Shown here in pieces: positions 17,634-27,371 of a stretch of DNA of 64,000 nucleotides. How positions within the stretch are numbered: the first letter of the stretch is position 1; every line of letters starts with the position of its first letter. The notes beneath the pieces are model-generated. The model ran no database searches. It saw only the letters and a program-made list of their open reading frames with translations, and had not been told where the DNA came from. Source of the DNA: Candidatus Micrarchaeia archaeon (GTDB lineage Archaea; Micrarchaeota; Micrarchaeia; Anstonellales; J096); contig JBGQMB010000001.1 of assembly GCA_041500405.1 (NCBI GenBank), positions 9,490-73,489 of the forward strand, read 5' to 3'. A program made the translations under genes and the position numbers.

Positions 17634-19829
17634 ATGGGAAAGAAAGAATTCGTTGTAGAAGAAGTGCAGAAAATAATGGACGACCTTAAACACGTCAGGA
17701 ACGTCGCGATAGTCGCGCACGTCGACCACGGAAAGACGACGCTTACAGACTCGCTTGTCGCAAGGGCCGGCCTGATATCCAAGGAATTGGCAGGCTCCCA
17801 GAGGGTTATGGACTACGATGAGCAGGAGCAGAAAAGGGGCATCACAATCAAGGCGGCGAACATATCCCTTGGATTTACGTATGAGGGCAGCGACTACCTC
17901 ATCAACCTGATTGACACGCCAGGCCACGTGGACTTCGGCGGGCACGTCACAAGGGCCATGAGGGCGGTCGACGGCGTCGTTGTGGTCGTTGACTCAGTGG
18001 AAGGCGTGATGCCGCAGACTGAAACGGTCCTGAGGCAGGCGCTCAAGGAAAGGGCGAAGCCGGTCATATTCATAAACAAGGTCGACAGGCTGATAAACGA
18101 GCTCAAGCTGACCAAGGAGCAGATGATTGAAAGGCTAACGAAGCTGATAATCAACATCAACAAGATAATACAGACCTCGGCACCGCCGGAATTCAAGGAA
18201 GACTGGGCGGTTTCGGTTGAGAATGGCAAGGTGGTGATAGGGTCCGCGTTCAACAAATGGGCGCTCAGCATAACGTCCATGAAGAAAACCGGGATAAACC
18301 TCGGGGACATTTACACCAAGGTTGAGGCAGGGGACCACAAATACCTTGTGGAAAAATCCCCGCTTGACGAAGTCCTGCTTGAGATAATAATAAAGCACCT
18401 TCCCACGCCTTTTGTTGCGCAGAAATACAGGATACCGGTGCTGTGGAAAGGGGACCTTAACTCGCCGGTCGGCCAGAGCATGCTAAACTGCGACAGAAAC
18501 GCGCCGGTTGTCGGCATCATTTTCGTCGTGGTCCATGACGAGCACGCAGGCGAAGTCGGGGTGGCGAGGATTTTCGCCGGAAAGGTGGAAAAAGGGACAC
18601 AGCTTTATCTCGCATCCAAGATGACATACGCCAAGGCCCAGCAGACCGCGATATACATGGGCCCTGACAGGATAGGGACGGAAAAGGTAACAGCAGGGAA
18701 CATCGGCGCAATAATCGGCCTCCGCGACCTTTATGTGGGGGAAACGATATCCTCGGAGCCGATAGAGCCGTTCGAGCAGATAAAGCACTACTCGGAGCCA
18801 GTGGTAACCAAATCCATAGAGGCGAAAAACAGCAAGGACCTTGGCAAGCTGATTGACGCGCTGAGAGGGATATCAAAGGAGGATCCGACGCTAAAAGTCG
18901 CGCTGAACCAGGAAACCGGGGAGCACCTCATAAGCGGCATGGGCGAACTGCACCTTGAAATCATTGAATACAAGATAAGGGAAGAGAAGAAGATACCGAT
19001 TGAGACCTCTCCGCCGATTGTCGTTTACAGGGAGACTATGACAAGGGCCGGCCCGATAAGCGAGGGAAAGTCGCCAAACAAGCACAACAAGTTCTACATA
19101 AAGGCAGAGCCCCTGTCCAAGGAAGTCATGCAGATGCTGGACAACGGGGAAATCAAGGAAGGCGTCCCGAAGGGAAAGAACCAGGAGGTTGTGGACAAGC
19201 TTGTCGCCGCCGGATGGGACAGGGACGAGGCCAAGGGAATATGGGACGTTTACAACAGGAACATAATTGTGGACGCCACCAAGGGAGTCCAGTACCTGAA
19301 TGAGGTGCAGGAGCTTGCCATCCAGTCCTTCGAGGACGCGATGGACAGGGGGCCCCTTGCCCAGGAAAAGGTTTCGGGGCTCAAGATAACGATTGACGAC
19401 GTTTCGCTCCACGAAGACAACGTGCACCGCGGACCGGCCCAGATTCTGCCGGCAGTGAGGAACGCGATATACGTTTCCATGATAAGCGGCGGCATAGTGC
19501 TGCTTGAGCCGAAGCAGAAGGTGCTTATCCAGGTGCCGCATGATTACGCAGGGGACATAATCAACCTCGTGAACGGAAAGAGGGGGCAGATGGTCAACAT
19601 GGAGCAGGAGGAGGACCTGACAAAGATTGTGGAAATCCTCCCGGTCGTTGAGATGTTCGGGTTCTCGAACACGCTCAGGGGCGCGTCCCAGGGAAGGGCG
19701 ATTTGGTACCAGGAGTATGCGGGGTATGACCCGCTTCCGGTAAACCTCCAAGCAAAGATTGTGGAGGACACGAGGAAGAGAAAAGGGCTTCCGCCGCAGC
19801 CGCCGAACGCGCAGCACTTCATGGAATAA
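17634..19829 (+). CDS. fusA: Translation elongation factor aEF-2
   Basis: AHVDHGKT, RGITI, DTPGHVDF, NKVD, diphthamide loop HEDNVHRG. Confidence 0.98.
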   Translation: MGKKEFVVEEVQKIMDDLKHVRNVAIVAHVDHGKTTLTDSLVARAGLISKELAGSQRVMDYDEQEQKRGITIKAANISLGFTYEGSDYLINLIDTPGHVDFGGHVTRAMRAVDGVVVVVDSVEGVMPQTETVLRQALKERAKPVIFINKVDRLINELKLTKEQMIERLTKLIININKIIQTSAPPEFKEDWAVSVENGKVVIGSAFNKWALSITSMKKTGINLGDIYTKVEAGDHKYLVEKSPLDEVLLEIIIKHLPTPFVAQKYRIPVLWKGDLNSPVGQSMLNCDRNAPVVGIIFVVVHDEHAGEVGVARIFAGKVEKGTQLYLASKMTYAKAQQTAIYMGPDRIGTEKVTAGNIGAIIGLRDLYVGETISSEPIEPFEQIKHYSEPVVTKSIEAKNSKDLGKLIDALRGISKEDPTLKVALNQETGEHLISGMGELHLEIIEYKIREEKKIPIETSPPIVVYRETMTRAGPISEGKSPNKHNKFYIKAEPLSKEVMQMLDNGEIKEGVPKGKNQEVVDKLVAAGWDRDEAKGIWDVYNRNIIVDATKGVQYLNEVQELAIQSFEDAMDRGPLAQEKVSGLKITIDDVSLHEDNVHRGPAQILPAVRNAIYVSMISGGIVLLEPKQKVLIQVPHDYAGDIINLVNGKRGQMVNMEQEEDLTKIVEILPVVEMFGFSNTLRGASQGRAIWYQEYAGYDPLPVNLQAKIVEDTRKRKGLPPQPPNAQHFME

Positions 19830-19837
19830 AGGGAGCG

Positions 19838-20971
19838 TTATTTTTCATTTCCCCTGTTCTTTCCAATCTTTTCATAAAGCGCAACAATCCTTTTTGTCTG
19901 CTTCACAATGTCATATTTCTTAGCCGCTTCCCTGCACTTCCTGCAGTTTCCGTGTTTCATGGCAAAACTGACTGCCTTCCCGAATTCATCCGCGTTTGAG
20001 AACACAAGCCTTTTGTCGACCTCTTCGGCAATTTCCGCCCCAGACGTCCCTTTTGCCGCTATGACCGGCATTCCGGACGCCAATGCCTCAACCACAACAA
20101 GGCCCTGGGTGTCAAACGGCGAGCAAAAGACCAGCGCGTTCGCCTTCCTGTAAAGCGCGTTCAGCCTTTTGTGCGGCACAAATCCCAGGAATTTCACGTC
20201 CCTTGAGACGCCGAGCCTTTTCGCCTCCTCCCTGTAATGCGCGATGCCAGGCCCGCCGCCTGCAACAACCAGTTTGGCCTTCTTTCCCTTTTCCTTCATC
20301 GCGGCCATCATGCACATTGCCGTGTCTATCCTTTTCTCCTTTACGACGCGGCCAACGTGGAGCAAAAGAGGAATTCCCCTATTGGGTTTGCGCATAGCCT
20401 TGAGGTATCTGCCTAACTCTATGCCGTTCGGGAAAACAGCGGATTTTATGCCGTGGTCCGAGAGCATTTTCGCCGCAGTCTCCGACGGCGCAAGAACAGC
20501 GTCGTAGTTCGAGTAAAGCCATCTCAGATAGTGCCACGCGATTGCCTCGAAGTGGCGGTCAAGCATCTTGAATTTGGATATGTAATGCGTCGCTCCCGCG
20601 ACGTTCGTGTGGAACGTAACAACTTTCGGGACATTGAGCCTCTTTGCCACCCTGTACGCCGCTATGCTGGTGAAAGCAATGCCGTGGCTATGCACCGCAT
20701 CTATCTTCAGTTCCCTGCATTTCCTTGCCAGCGCGTCTATGCCAAGCGTGGCCTCATGCACCATGGCTATCCTGTACTGCGGATATGGCGCAAACGGATG
20801 GGACTCGAAATAATGCACTTCCTTGTCAACCCAGCTTTCCCTTGATGGGGATGGCGCAAAAACATAGACAGTATGCCCGTTCCTTTCAAGCTCGCCCTTA
20901 AGAAGTTCAATGCACCTGACAACTCCATCAACGTTTGGCTTGTAGCTGTCCGTGAAAAAGGCAATGTTCAA
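19838..20971 (-). CDS. Glycosyltransferase family 4 (GT-B)
   Basis: FTDSYKP...GV; VGRVVKEK; DTQGLVVVEALASG. Confidence 0.92.
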   Translation of the reverse strand: MNIAFFTDSYKPNVDGVVRCIELLKGELERNGHTVYVFAPSPSRESWVDKEVHYFESHPFAPYPQYRIAMVHEATLGIDALARKCRELKIDAVHSHGIAFTSIAAYRVAKRLNVPKVVTFHTNVAGATHYISKFKMLDRHFEAIAWHYLRWLYSNYDAVLAPSETAAKMLSDHGIKSAVFPNGIELGRYLKAMRKPNRGIPLLLHVGRVVKEKRIDTAMCMMAAMKEKGKKAKLVVAGGGPGIAHYREEAKRLGVSRDVKFLGFVPHKRLNALYRKANALVFCSPFDTQGLVVVEALASGMPVIAAKGTSGAEIAEEVDKRLVFSNADEFGKAVSFAMKHGNCRKCREAAKKYDIVKQTKRIVALYEKIGKNRGNEK

Positions 20972-20975
20972 GTTT

Positions 20976-21665
20976 TCACCTTATCGGCTCGTACTCTGTC
21001 CCCGTCTTGTTAAGCAGGTTCGCCTCTATGAAATTCCTTGCATGGAAAAACGTGTATTTCAGGTATCCCCATTTCCTCATCCTTCTGGGGCTTGTGAACG
21101 CGAACGCGTCCTTGCTGTGGATTATCCTTCCATGCCTTTTTGCCGCCCTTACAAGCATGGTGTCCTCCCCGGTCATCACGTGCGGGAACCCGCCTATCTT
21201 GCGGTAGAACTTCCTTTCAAGCGCTATGTTGTCCGCGTTTGCGTAGACAAGGTTGAGCATGGACGTTGCTGGAAGCAAAACCTTATTCACCAGGTGCCCT
21301 CCCCATTCTTCCAGGAAGTTGGGCTGGTCTATGTAAAGGCTCCCCATGACCGCGTCCGCCCTTTTCTCTATTATCGGCTCCGTTATCCTTTCAAGCCAGC
21401 CCTTGGGGTAAATCGCGTCCGCTGAACAGCTTATGAGTATTGTTCCCCTTCCAGCCCGCATGGCCTTGTCCCTTGAGCGGCCTATGCTCCCGCGCGGGTC
21501 GAAAATGACCTTGGCGCCGATGTCCTCCGCTATTTTAACAGTTCCATCGCTGCTATAGCTGTCAACCACTATTGCCTCGATTTTACCGCTTTGCCTAAAA
21601 AGGCTGTCAAGGCACTTTCCGATGTACTTTCCCTCATTGTACGTCGGTATAGTGAAGGTTATCAT
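20976..21665 (-). CDS. Glycosyltransferase family 2 (GT-A)
   Basis: IPTYNE, VVDSYSSDGT, GED, TSPRR. Confidence 0.9.
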   Translation of the reverse strand: MITFTIPTYNEGKYIGKCLDSLFRQSGKIEAIVVDSYSSDGTVKIAEDIGAKVIFDPRGSIGRSRDKAMRAGRGTILISCSADAIYPKGWLERITEPIIEKRADAVMGSLYIDQPNFLEEWGGHLVNKVLLPATSMLNLVYANADNIALERKFYRKIGGFPHVMTGEDTMLVRAAKRHGRIIHSKDAFAFTSPRRMRKWGYLKYTFFHARNFIEANLLNKTGTEYEPIR

Positions 21666-21698
21666 GCGTTTTCCGTGTTGTGCAAACAATTAATAACC

Positions 21699-22622
21699 CT
21701 ATTGGCTGCTGCCTTCGGCGGCGCCTTCGGCGGGCTCTTCCACAAACTCTGTTTTCACATCAAGGCCGCTAACCCGCCTTATCCTTTCAATATGCCTTTC
21801 TATGCGCTCGAGCAGCCTTAGCGTCCTCTGCCCTGTTTTCATTGCATCGGTCTGCATTCTTTCCCCGACTCTCCTTTGGGATCCCTTCCTCAGCATCGCA
21901 TCCCGCGAAAACTTGACGGATATTGCCGCGGCTGTTCCAGATGCAACAGCTATCCCAACGGATATCAGCATCTCGGCCAAGCGCTCAGATTGCGGCAGCG
22001 GCTCTATGCCCGGCGGCGCTGCGCTGTCAAGCCTTACCATCTCAATCATCAGGGACATAAGCACGATTCCGCCAAGGTATCCGCCCCATATGGCCCCGGT
22101 TTTCCAGTTTTTCTTGCTATGTGCCTTTAGCGGAAGCCCGTCATAATATCCTATGTCGCTCCTTGCAGACCCGAGCGATTCAACCATTTCCGCATTTACC
22201 GCATTGAATACCTCCGCGCACTTCCTGCGCGCAAGGTCCAGCGCCTCGCCGACCTTTGTCATATCGCCGCTGAACGTTTCGCTGCCCGGCTTTATTTCCA
22301 TAATGCTGTTCTTGAGCAGCGAAAGGCCCAGTATCGGGCTCTCGCAAAGCACCACATCATTCTTGGCTTCGGCATTATCCTCTTTCTTTTCGTTCTTAAT
22401 TTTCATAGAGGTTGTGGTTGTCTTGGTCTTAGGAGGCTCCTTTTTCGGGGCCAGCCTCTCCATCCGCTCCATGCAGTCCTTTGCTTTCGCGATGCAGCGG
22501 AGCGCCATCTTCTTTTCGTGGCCCGCAACCAGCTTTTTCACGCATTTCGGCATCTGGGGCTTCCTGAAATGGGCCTGAAAATATGCCTGTATTTTCTCCA
22601 TCCTCTCGCCTGGTTCTGCCAT
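21699..22622 (-). CDS. Hypothetical protein with two TM helices
   Basis: Long ORF with typical codon usage; basic N-terminus, two hydrophobic segments, coiled-coil-like tail. Confidence 0.7.
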   Translation of the reverse strand: MAEPGERMEKIQAYFQAHFRKPQMPKCVKKLVAGHEKKMALRCIAKAKDCMERMERLAPKKEPPKTKTTTTSMKIKNEKKEDNAEAKNDVVLCESPILGLSLLKNSIMEIKPGSETFSGDMTKVGEALDLARRKCAEVFNAVNAEMVESLGSARSDIGYYDGLPLKAHSKKNWKTGAIWGGYLGGIVLMSLMIEMVRLDSAAPPGIEPLPQSERLAEMLISVGIAVASGTAAAISVKFSRDAMLRKGSQRRVGERMQTDAMKTGQRTLRLLERIERHIERIRRVSGLDVKTEFVEEPAEGAAEGSSQ

Positions 22623-22692
22623 ATACACTTACTATTTGAAACAATTTAAAAAGCTGGCGCTGGTTCAGCTGCCGTTTCCGCCGCGCCTGCCA

Positions 22693-24051
22693 TCACATGT
22701 GGAAGTACTGGTCGAACTCGTAGGCGTTCGGTATCATGCTCCCCATCCTCTGCTCCTTTATCTTCTGTTCTAGGTAATCAACAAGCAGTTCCGGGGTTAT
22801 TACGCCCTTCACGAAATCAACGTCGTTTTCCATGGCATCTATCGCCGTCATCAGGTCCCTTGGGAAGTCCTCAACCTTGAGCCTCTTCCTTTCCTTTGAC
22901 TGCATTGTCGAAGGCCTTTCAGTGAGCATCTCCATCGGAGGCTCGGTCTTTCTTTTCACTCCGTCAAGGCCTGCGGCCATTATGACGGAATAGGCCAGGA
23001 ACGGGTTGAGCGTCGGGTCCGGGAAGGTCGCGACTATCCTGGCGTCCTTTCCGGAATTGTCTATGAAAACCGCGTTTGACTTGTCCGCATTGCCCCAGGA
23101 CATGTATTTCGGATCCTCGTAGAACCTCTTGTATGAGTTTGTCGTGGGGTTTGTGAAAAGCATGAGAGCTTTCAAATGCTCCAGTATGCCTCCGACAAAA
23201 TACCTTGCGTTGTCGCTGATTCCGTCCTTTTTGCCGTAGAACACGTTTTCGCCCTTGTCTCCGATTGCCGATATCTCAAGCTCAAGGCCGCTTCCCTTTT
23301 CAGACGGTATCGGCATGGGCATGAACGTGGCGTTTACGCCGTTCAGGAAACCGACCGTCCTTGCCACCTGCTTGAAGGACGTGAATGCAAATGCGGATGT
23401 TATGAAGTCCAGGTCCTTTATGAACATGGCCTGGTGCGAACTGTTGTTCCTGCCGTGCATGTGCCTTTCAACCGCGTATCCAAATTGCGAATAGACCTGG
23501 CATATCTGCTGCCTTATGCCGTTGTAAAGGTCGTTCGGGAACGATGCGGCATTCATGTTTTCCATTATCGGCGCGTTCGGGGTCCACTTGCTTTCCTTGC
23601 TTCCGAGCGTTACGGCAGAGCCTCCCTCCTTGTAGGTCCTATCCACGCCGTACCTGTCAAAGACGTAGAACTCCACCTTCTGCCTCACGATGATCTTGCT
23701 GATTCCGAGCGCATCCGCGTTCTTTCCGAGCCTGTCGGCGGCGTAAACAGGGTCCTTGAGGTGCCTTGTCCCGTCAGTTTTCTGTATCCTGCAGATGAGC
23801 CTTGCGTTCTTGTCCCCCATGTCAACGTACGTGTCCAAATCCGGGACAAGGACAAGCTTCTCGTAATAGTCGTCATTGAAGATGCTGCCGACATTGTCAG
23901 CCTCGATTCCTTTTTCGAAGTCGCTTGCCGCGATGAGTTCCCTGTTGACGCTGACCTCCCTCACGGAGCCGAAAATGTCTATGAACTGCAGATTCAGCCA
24001 CTTTATCCCGTTGGAGTTCATCTTATCCATAATTTCGTTTGAGCTTGGCAT
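22693..24051 (-). CDS. Glutamine synthetase type I-like protein with a degenerate active site
   Basis: QFIDIFG, LVPDLDT, ATFMPMP, NPTTNSYKR, PDPTLNPFLA, MAAGLDG; most catalytic residues substituted. Confidence 0.85.
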   Translation of the reverse strand: MPSSNEIMDKMNSNGIKWLNLQFIDIFGSVREVSVNRELIAASDFEKGIEADNVGSIFNDDYYEKLVLVPDLDTYVDMGDKNARLICRIQKTDGTRHLKDPVYAADRLGKNADALGISKIIVRQKVEFYVFDRYGVDRTYKEGGSAVTLGSKESKWTPNAPIMENMNAASFPNDLYNGIRQQICQVYSQFGYAVERHMHGRNNSSHQAMFIKDLDFITSAFAFTSFKQVARTVGFLNGVNATFMPMPIPSEKGSGLELEISAIGDKGENVFYGKKDGISDNARYFVGGILEHLKALMLFTNPTTNSYKRFYEDPKYMSWGNADKSNAVFIDNSGKDARIVATFPDPTLNPFLAYSVIMAAGLDGVKRKTEPPMEMLTERPSTMQSKERKRLKVEDFPRDLMTAIDAMENDVDFVKGVITPELLVDYLEQKIKEQRMGSMIPNAYEFDQYFHM

Positions 24052-24094
24052 AATACCACGTCTTCCTTTTGGGGTCAAGCTGTTTTTAAATCTT

Positions 24095-24439
24095 TTAGCG
24101 CTTCACACTCAACCTTACATTTCCTGCAATCGAATCGTGGTTCACTGAAACCGATTCGGCTTCCGCGCCGTCGCATCCGGACTCAATGGCGCAGAACGGC
24201 GTTTCGTAGGACACGCAGGCGCCTGACATCTTTGCCATCTTCACAATATCGGCTTCAAGCCCGACGGGGTCAGAGCAATAGAACATGCCTGTTCCGTGCC
24301 TGGCATAAAGGGTTGAGAGCATGTCCTCCGCTATCGCATACTGCGCCGCCCTCCTGTCGTCCCCGCCGTAGAATATCGGGACCATTGGCAGCATCGCGAC
24401 CAGCAGCAAAAGCGAGACAGCGGCCTCAAGCGCCTTCAT
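24095..24439 (-). CDS. Small hypothetical protein with an N-terminal membrane anchor (pilin-like N-terminus)
   Basis: MKALEAAVSLLLL hydrophobic start; TTAAAA box about 25 nt upstream; four Cys. Confidence 0.6.
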   Translation of the reverse strand: MKALEAAVSLLLLVAMLPMVPIFYGGDDRRAAQYAIAEDMLSTLYARHGTGMFYCSDPVGLEADIVKMAKMSGACVSYETPFCAIESGCDGAEAESVSVNHDSIAGNVRLSVKR

Positions 24440-24482
24440 GGTTAAGCATTCCAGAATAAGCTTTTAATCCATAGCGCAACAA

Positions 24483-24529
24483 TGGGCCCGCTGCAGCGAT
24501 GACCCTGCTGGTCCATTTGCAGCAGGCCC
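24483..24529 (-). other. 12-bp tRNA-acceptor-like hairpin downstream of tRNA-Ile
   Basis: GGGCCTGCTGCA...TGCAGCGGGCCC-A; last 11 nt identical to the tRNA-Ile 3' end. Confidence 0.5.
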
Positions 24530-24551
24530 TCGGGAGCCATGCCGTATTATT

Positions 24552-24625
24552 TGGGCCCGCTGGGAGTTGGACCCAGGACCTTTCGATTATCAGTCGAACG
24601 CTCTACCAGGCTGAGCTACGAGCCC
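24552..24625 (-). tRNA. tRNA-Ile (GAT)
   Basis: GGGCTCG/CGGGCCC acceptor; TTCGA-CTGATAA-TCGAA anticodon arm; atypical T-loop TCCAACT. Confidence 0.93.
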
Positions 24626-24776
24626 CATTGGCATTTAAACGTAGGAAAACGTGCAGGAAAAGGTTTTTAACACGCTTGCCTTTGCGGTTTTGGCAGAACA
24701 ATCATTTTTGTGTCTTTTTGTGGCAGAAAGCAATCTTTTTAAACCGTTTGTGGATAGTTATCCAAAAGGTATCATT

Positions 24777-26042
24777 ATGGCAGAACAAACCGTTGCACCA
24801 GGGGCAAAGCTCAATCCGAATTACAGGAAGCTTGCGGCAGGCTATCTTTTTCCGGAGATAGCGAAAAGAGCGAATGCATTTGCGGCCAAAAATCCGGACG
24901 CAAAGATAATCAGGCTGGGCATAGGCGACACTGTTTTGCCCTTGACAGCTACGGTCATAGAGCACCTGCACAGGGGCGTCGACAAGCTTTCAAAGCAGGA
25001 GACATATTCTGGCTATGGAGAAGAGCATGGGGACATCAGGCTGAGGAAAGCGCTGGCTGATTATTACAGGAAAACGAGATATGTAGAGATTGAATCAGAA
25101 GAATTTTTTATAAGCGACGGGGCGAAATGCGACTCAGGAAACATTCAGTCCATTTTCGACATAAAAAACATCGTTGCTGTGCAGGACCCGGCATACCCGG
25201 TCTACGTTGACACGAACGTGGCATCAGGAAGGTCCGAAGAATACAACGCTGACCTTTCATGCTATTCAGGGATAGTGTACATGCCGTGCAATGCATCAAA
25301 CGGGTTTTTCCCGGATGTCCCGAAACAGCATGTTGACCTGATATACATCTGCAGCCCGAACAACCCGACCGGCGCGGCTGCAACAAAGGAGCAGCTGAAG
25401 ACAATTGTCGAATATTCAATAGCTGAAAAGGCCATAATACTGTTCGACTCCGCATACTTCATGTTCATAAGCGACCCTTTGCTGCCAAAGAGCATTTATG
25501 AGATAGAAGGCGCAAGGCAATGCGCGATTGAGATTAGCAGCTTCTCAAAATGGGCAGGCTACACCGGTGTAAGAGGGGGCTGGTCCATTGTGCCAAAGAC
25601 GCTCATTACCGCTGATTCCAAGCCTGGAGAGGTCCATACTGTATGGAGCCTGTGGCACAGGAGACAGCGCACCTTCTTCAACGGGCCTTCAAACATAGCC
25701 CAGGAAGGGGCACTTGGAGTCCTTACAGAAAAGGGCCTTGCGGAAAGCCAGGGGCTGATTGACTATTACATGCACAACGCAACGATATTGGCGGAGTGCT
25801 TCAAGAAACTGGGTCTTGAAGTGTATGGCGGGAAAAACGCGCCTTTCCTTTGGGTAAGGACGCCAAACGGCATGAAATCCTGGGAGTTCTTCGACAAGAT
25901 GCTCAACGAGGCTCATGTCGTCGTCACTCCGGGCTCAGGTTTCGGGCCAAGCGGAGAAGGGTATTTCAGGGTCAGCGCATTCGGCATGAGGGACAGCATA
26001 AACGCCGGCGTTGAAAGCATAAAGTCAAACCTTAAGCTGTGA
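24777..26042 (+). CDS. dapL: LL-diaminopimelate aminotransferase
   Basis: YLFPEI, LGIGD, ISDGAKCD, CSPNNPTG, SFSKWAGYTGVR, TPGSGFG. Confidence 0.95.
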   Translation: MAEQTVAPGAKLNPNYRKLAAGYLFPEIAKRANAFAAKNPDAKIIRLGIGDTVLPLTATVIEHLHRGVDKLSKQETYSGYGEEHGDIRLRKALADYYRKTRYVEIESEEFFISDGAKCDSGNIQSIFDIKNIVAVQDPAYPVYVDTNVASGRSEEYNADLSCYSGIVYMPCNASNGFFPDVPKQHVDLIYICSPNNPTGAAATKEQLKTIVEYSIAEKAIILFDSAYFMFISDPLLPKSIYEIEGARQCAIEISSFSKWAGYTGVRGGWSIVPKTLITADSKPGEVHTVWSLWHRRQRTFFNGPSNIAQEGALGVLTEKGLAESQGLIDYYMHNATILAECFKKLGLEVYGGKNAPFLWVRTPNGMKSWEFFDKMLNEAHVVVTPGSGFGPSGEGYFRVSAFGMRDSINAGVESIKSNLKL

Positions 26043-26044
26043 TC

Positions 26045-27334
26045 ATGATGTCGCAAAAAACATTGCCGTTCACAAAGCACCAGGTAGAAAAGCTGGCGCA
26101 ATGCCAGCCTACGCCGTTCTACATTTACCACGAAAAGGGAATAAAGGAGACCGCAGGGGGGCTGAACAGCGCATTTTCTTGGGTTCCAAGGGGATTCAGG
26201 AACTATTTTGCTTTCAAGGCCTGCCCAAACCTCTTCATACTGGAAAGGCTGAAAAAACAGGGACTCGGCGCTGACTGCAGTTCTATGTCTGAACTGCAAA
26301 TGGCTGAAATGGTCGGGATGAAGGGCGAGGACATAATGTTCACGTCCAACGACACGCCTGCCGAGGAGTTCCAGTATGCAAAGGAGCTTGGAGCGATAAT
26401 AAATTTGGATGACATCAGCCACCTGCCTTTCCTTGAGGAGTATTGTGGCGGCCTTCCAGACCTGCTTTGCTTCAGGCTCAACCCAGGCAAGATTGTCCAA
26501 GGGAACAAGATCATAGGGCAGCCGGAAGAGGCGAAATATGGGCTGACACCCGACCAGCTTTTCAAGGCATACAAAATCGCGAAAGCCAAGGGCGTGAAAA
26601 GGTTCGGCATTCATATGATGGTGGCGTCCAACGAGCTGGACCCGCAAAAGTTCATTGACGACGTAAGGATGCTTGTCGAAATACAGCTAAAGCTGAAAAA
26701 GGACTTTTCAATAAACCTGGAATTCATCAACAGGGGCGGCGGAATAGGCATAGCCTACAGGCCAGAGCAGAATGATGTCGATCTTGACTTTGTTTCAGAA
26801 GGGATAAGGAAGGAATTTTCCAGGCTTGAAGGCATAGTTGATCCCATGCCAAGGCTGTTCATGGAATGCGGAAGGATGATTACTGGGCCGCACGGCTACC
26901 TTGTATCAACTGTCAGGCACATAAAACACATATACAGGGACTATGTCGGCCTTGACGCATGCATGGCGAACCTGATGAGGCCTGCGCTTTATGGGTCATA
27001 CCACCACATAACCGTGATGGGCAAGGAGAACATGCCGCTGGACCACATTTACGACGTCACTGGCTCGCTTTGCGAGAACAATGACAAGTTTGCAATCCAG
27101 AGGCCGTTGCCGGAGATTGTGCCTGGAGACATCGTTGTCATCCACGACGCGGGCGCTCATGGATATGCGATGGGCTTTCAGTACAATGGCAAGCTCAGGT
27201 GCGCGGAGTTCCTGCTAAGGGAAAAGGACGGAGAATTCCAGATGATAAGACGGGCAGAAACAACTTCGGACTACCTCTCGACTTTCGACTTCGAGGGCTC
27301 AAAGTTCCGCGATGCGGTAAGGGAGATGGAATAA
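26045..27334 (+). CDS. lysA: Diaminopimelate decarboxylase
   Basis: FAFKACPN (PLP Lys), GGGIG, ECGR, RPALYG, GSLCENND, GFQYN. Confidence 0.93.
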   Translation: MMSQKTLPFTKHQVEKLAQCQPTPFYIYHEKGIKETAGGLNSAFSWVPRGFRNYFAFKACPNLFILERLKKQGLGADCSSMSELQMAEMVGMKGEDIMFTSNDTPAEEFQYAKELGAIINLDDISHLPFLEEYCGGLPDLLCFRLNPGKIVQGNKIIGQPEEAKYGLTPDQLFKAYKIAKAKGVKRFGIHMMVASNELDPQKFIDDVRMLVEIQLKLKKDFSINLEFINRGGGIGIAYRPEQNDVDLDFVSEGIRKEFSRLEGIVDPMPRLFMECGRMITGPHGYLVSTVRHIKHIYRDYVGLDACMANLMRPALYGSYHHITVMGKENMPLDHIYDVTGSLCENNDKFAIQRPLPEIVPGDIVVIHDAGAHGYAMGFQYNGKLRCAEFLLREKDGEFQMIRRAETTSDYLSTFDFEGSKFRDAVREME

Positions 27335-27371
27335 ACTCCCTTTTTTAAATTTTCCCGAACAATCCAATTGC

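Noticed and set aside
19400..19450. Possible loss of the diphthamide motif in EF-2
   Set aside because: HRG motif is canonical (HEDNVHRGPAQ)
18891..19817. 308-aa minus-strand ORF
   Set aside because: Antisense shadow of EF-2
23176..24042. 288-aa plus-strand ORF
   Set aside because: Antisense shadow of the GS-like gene
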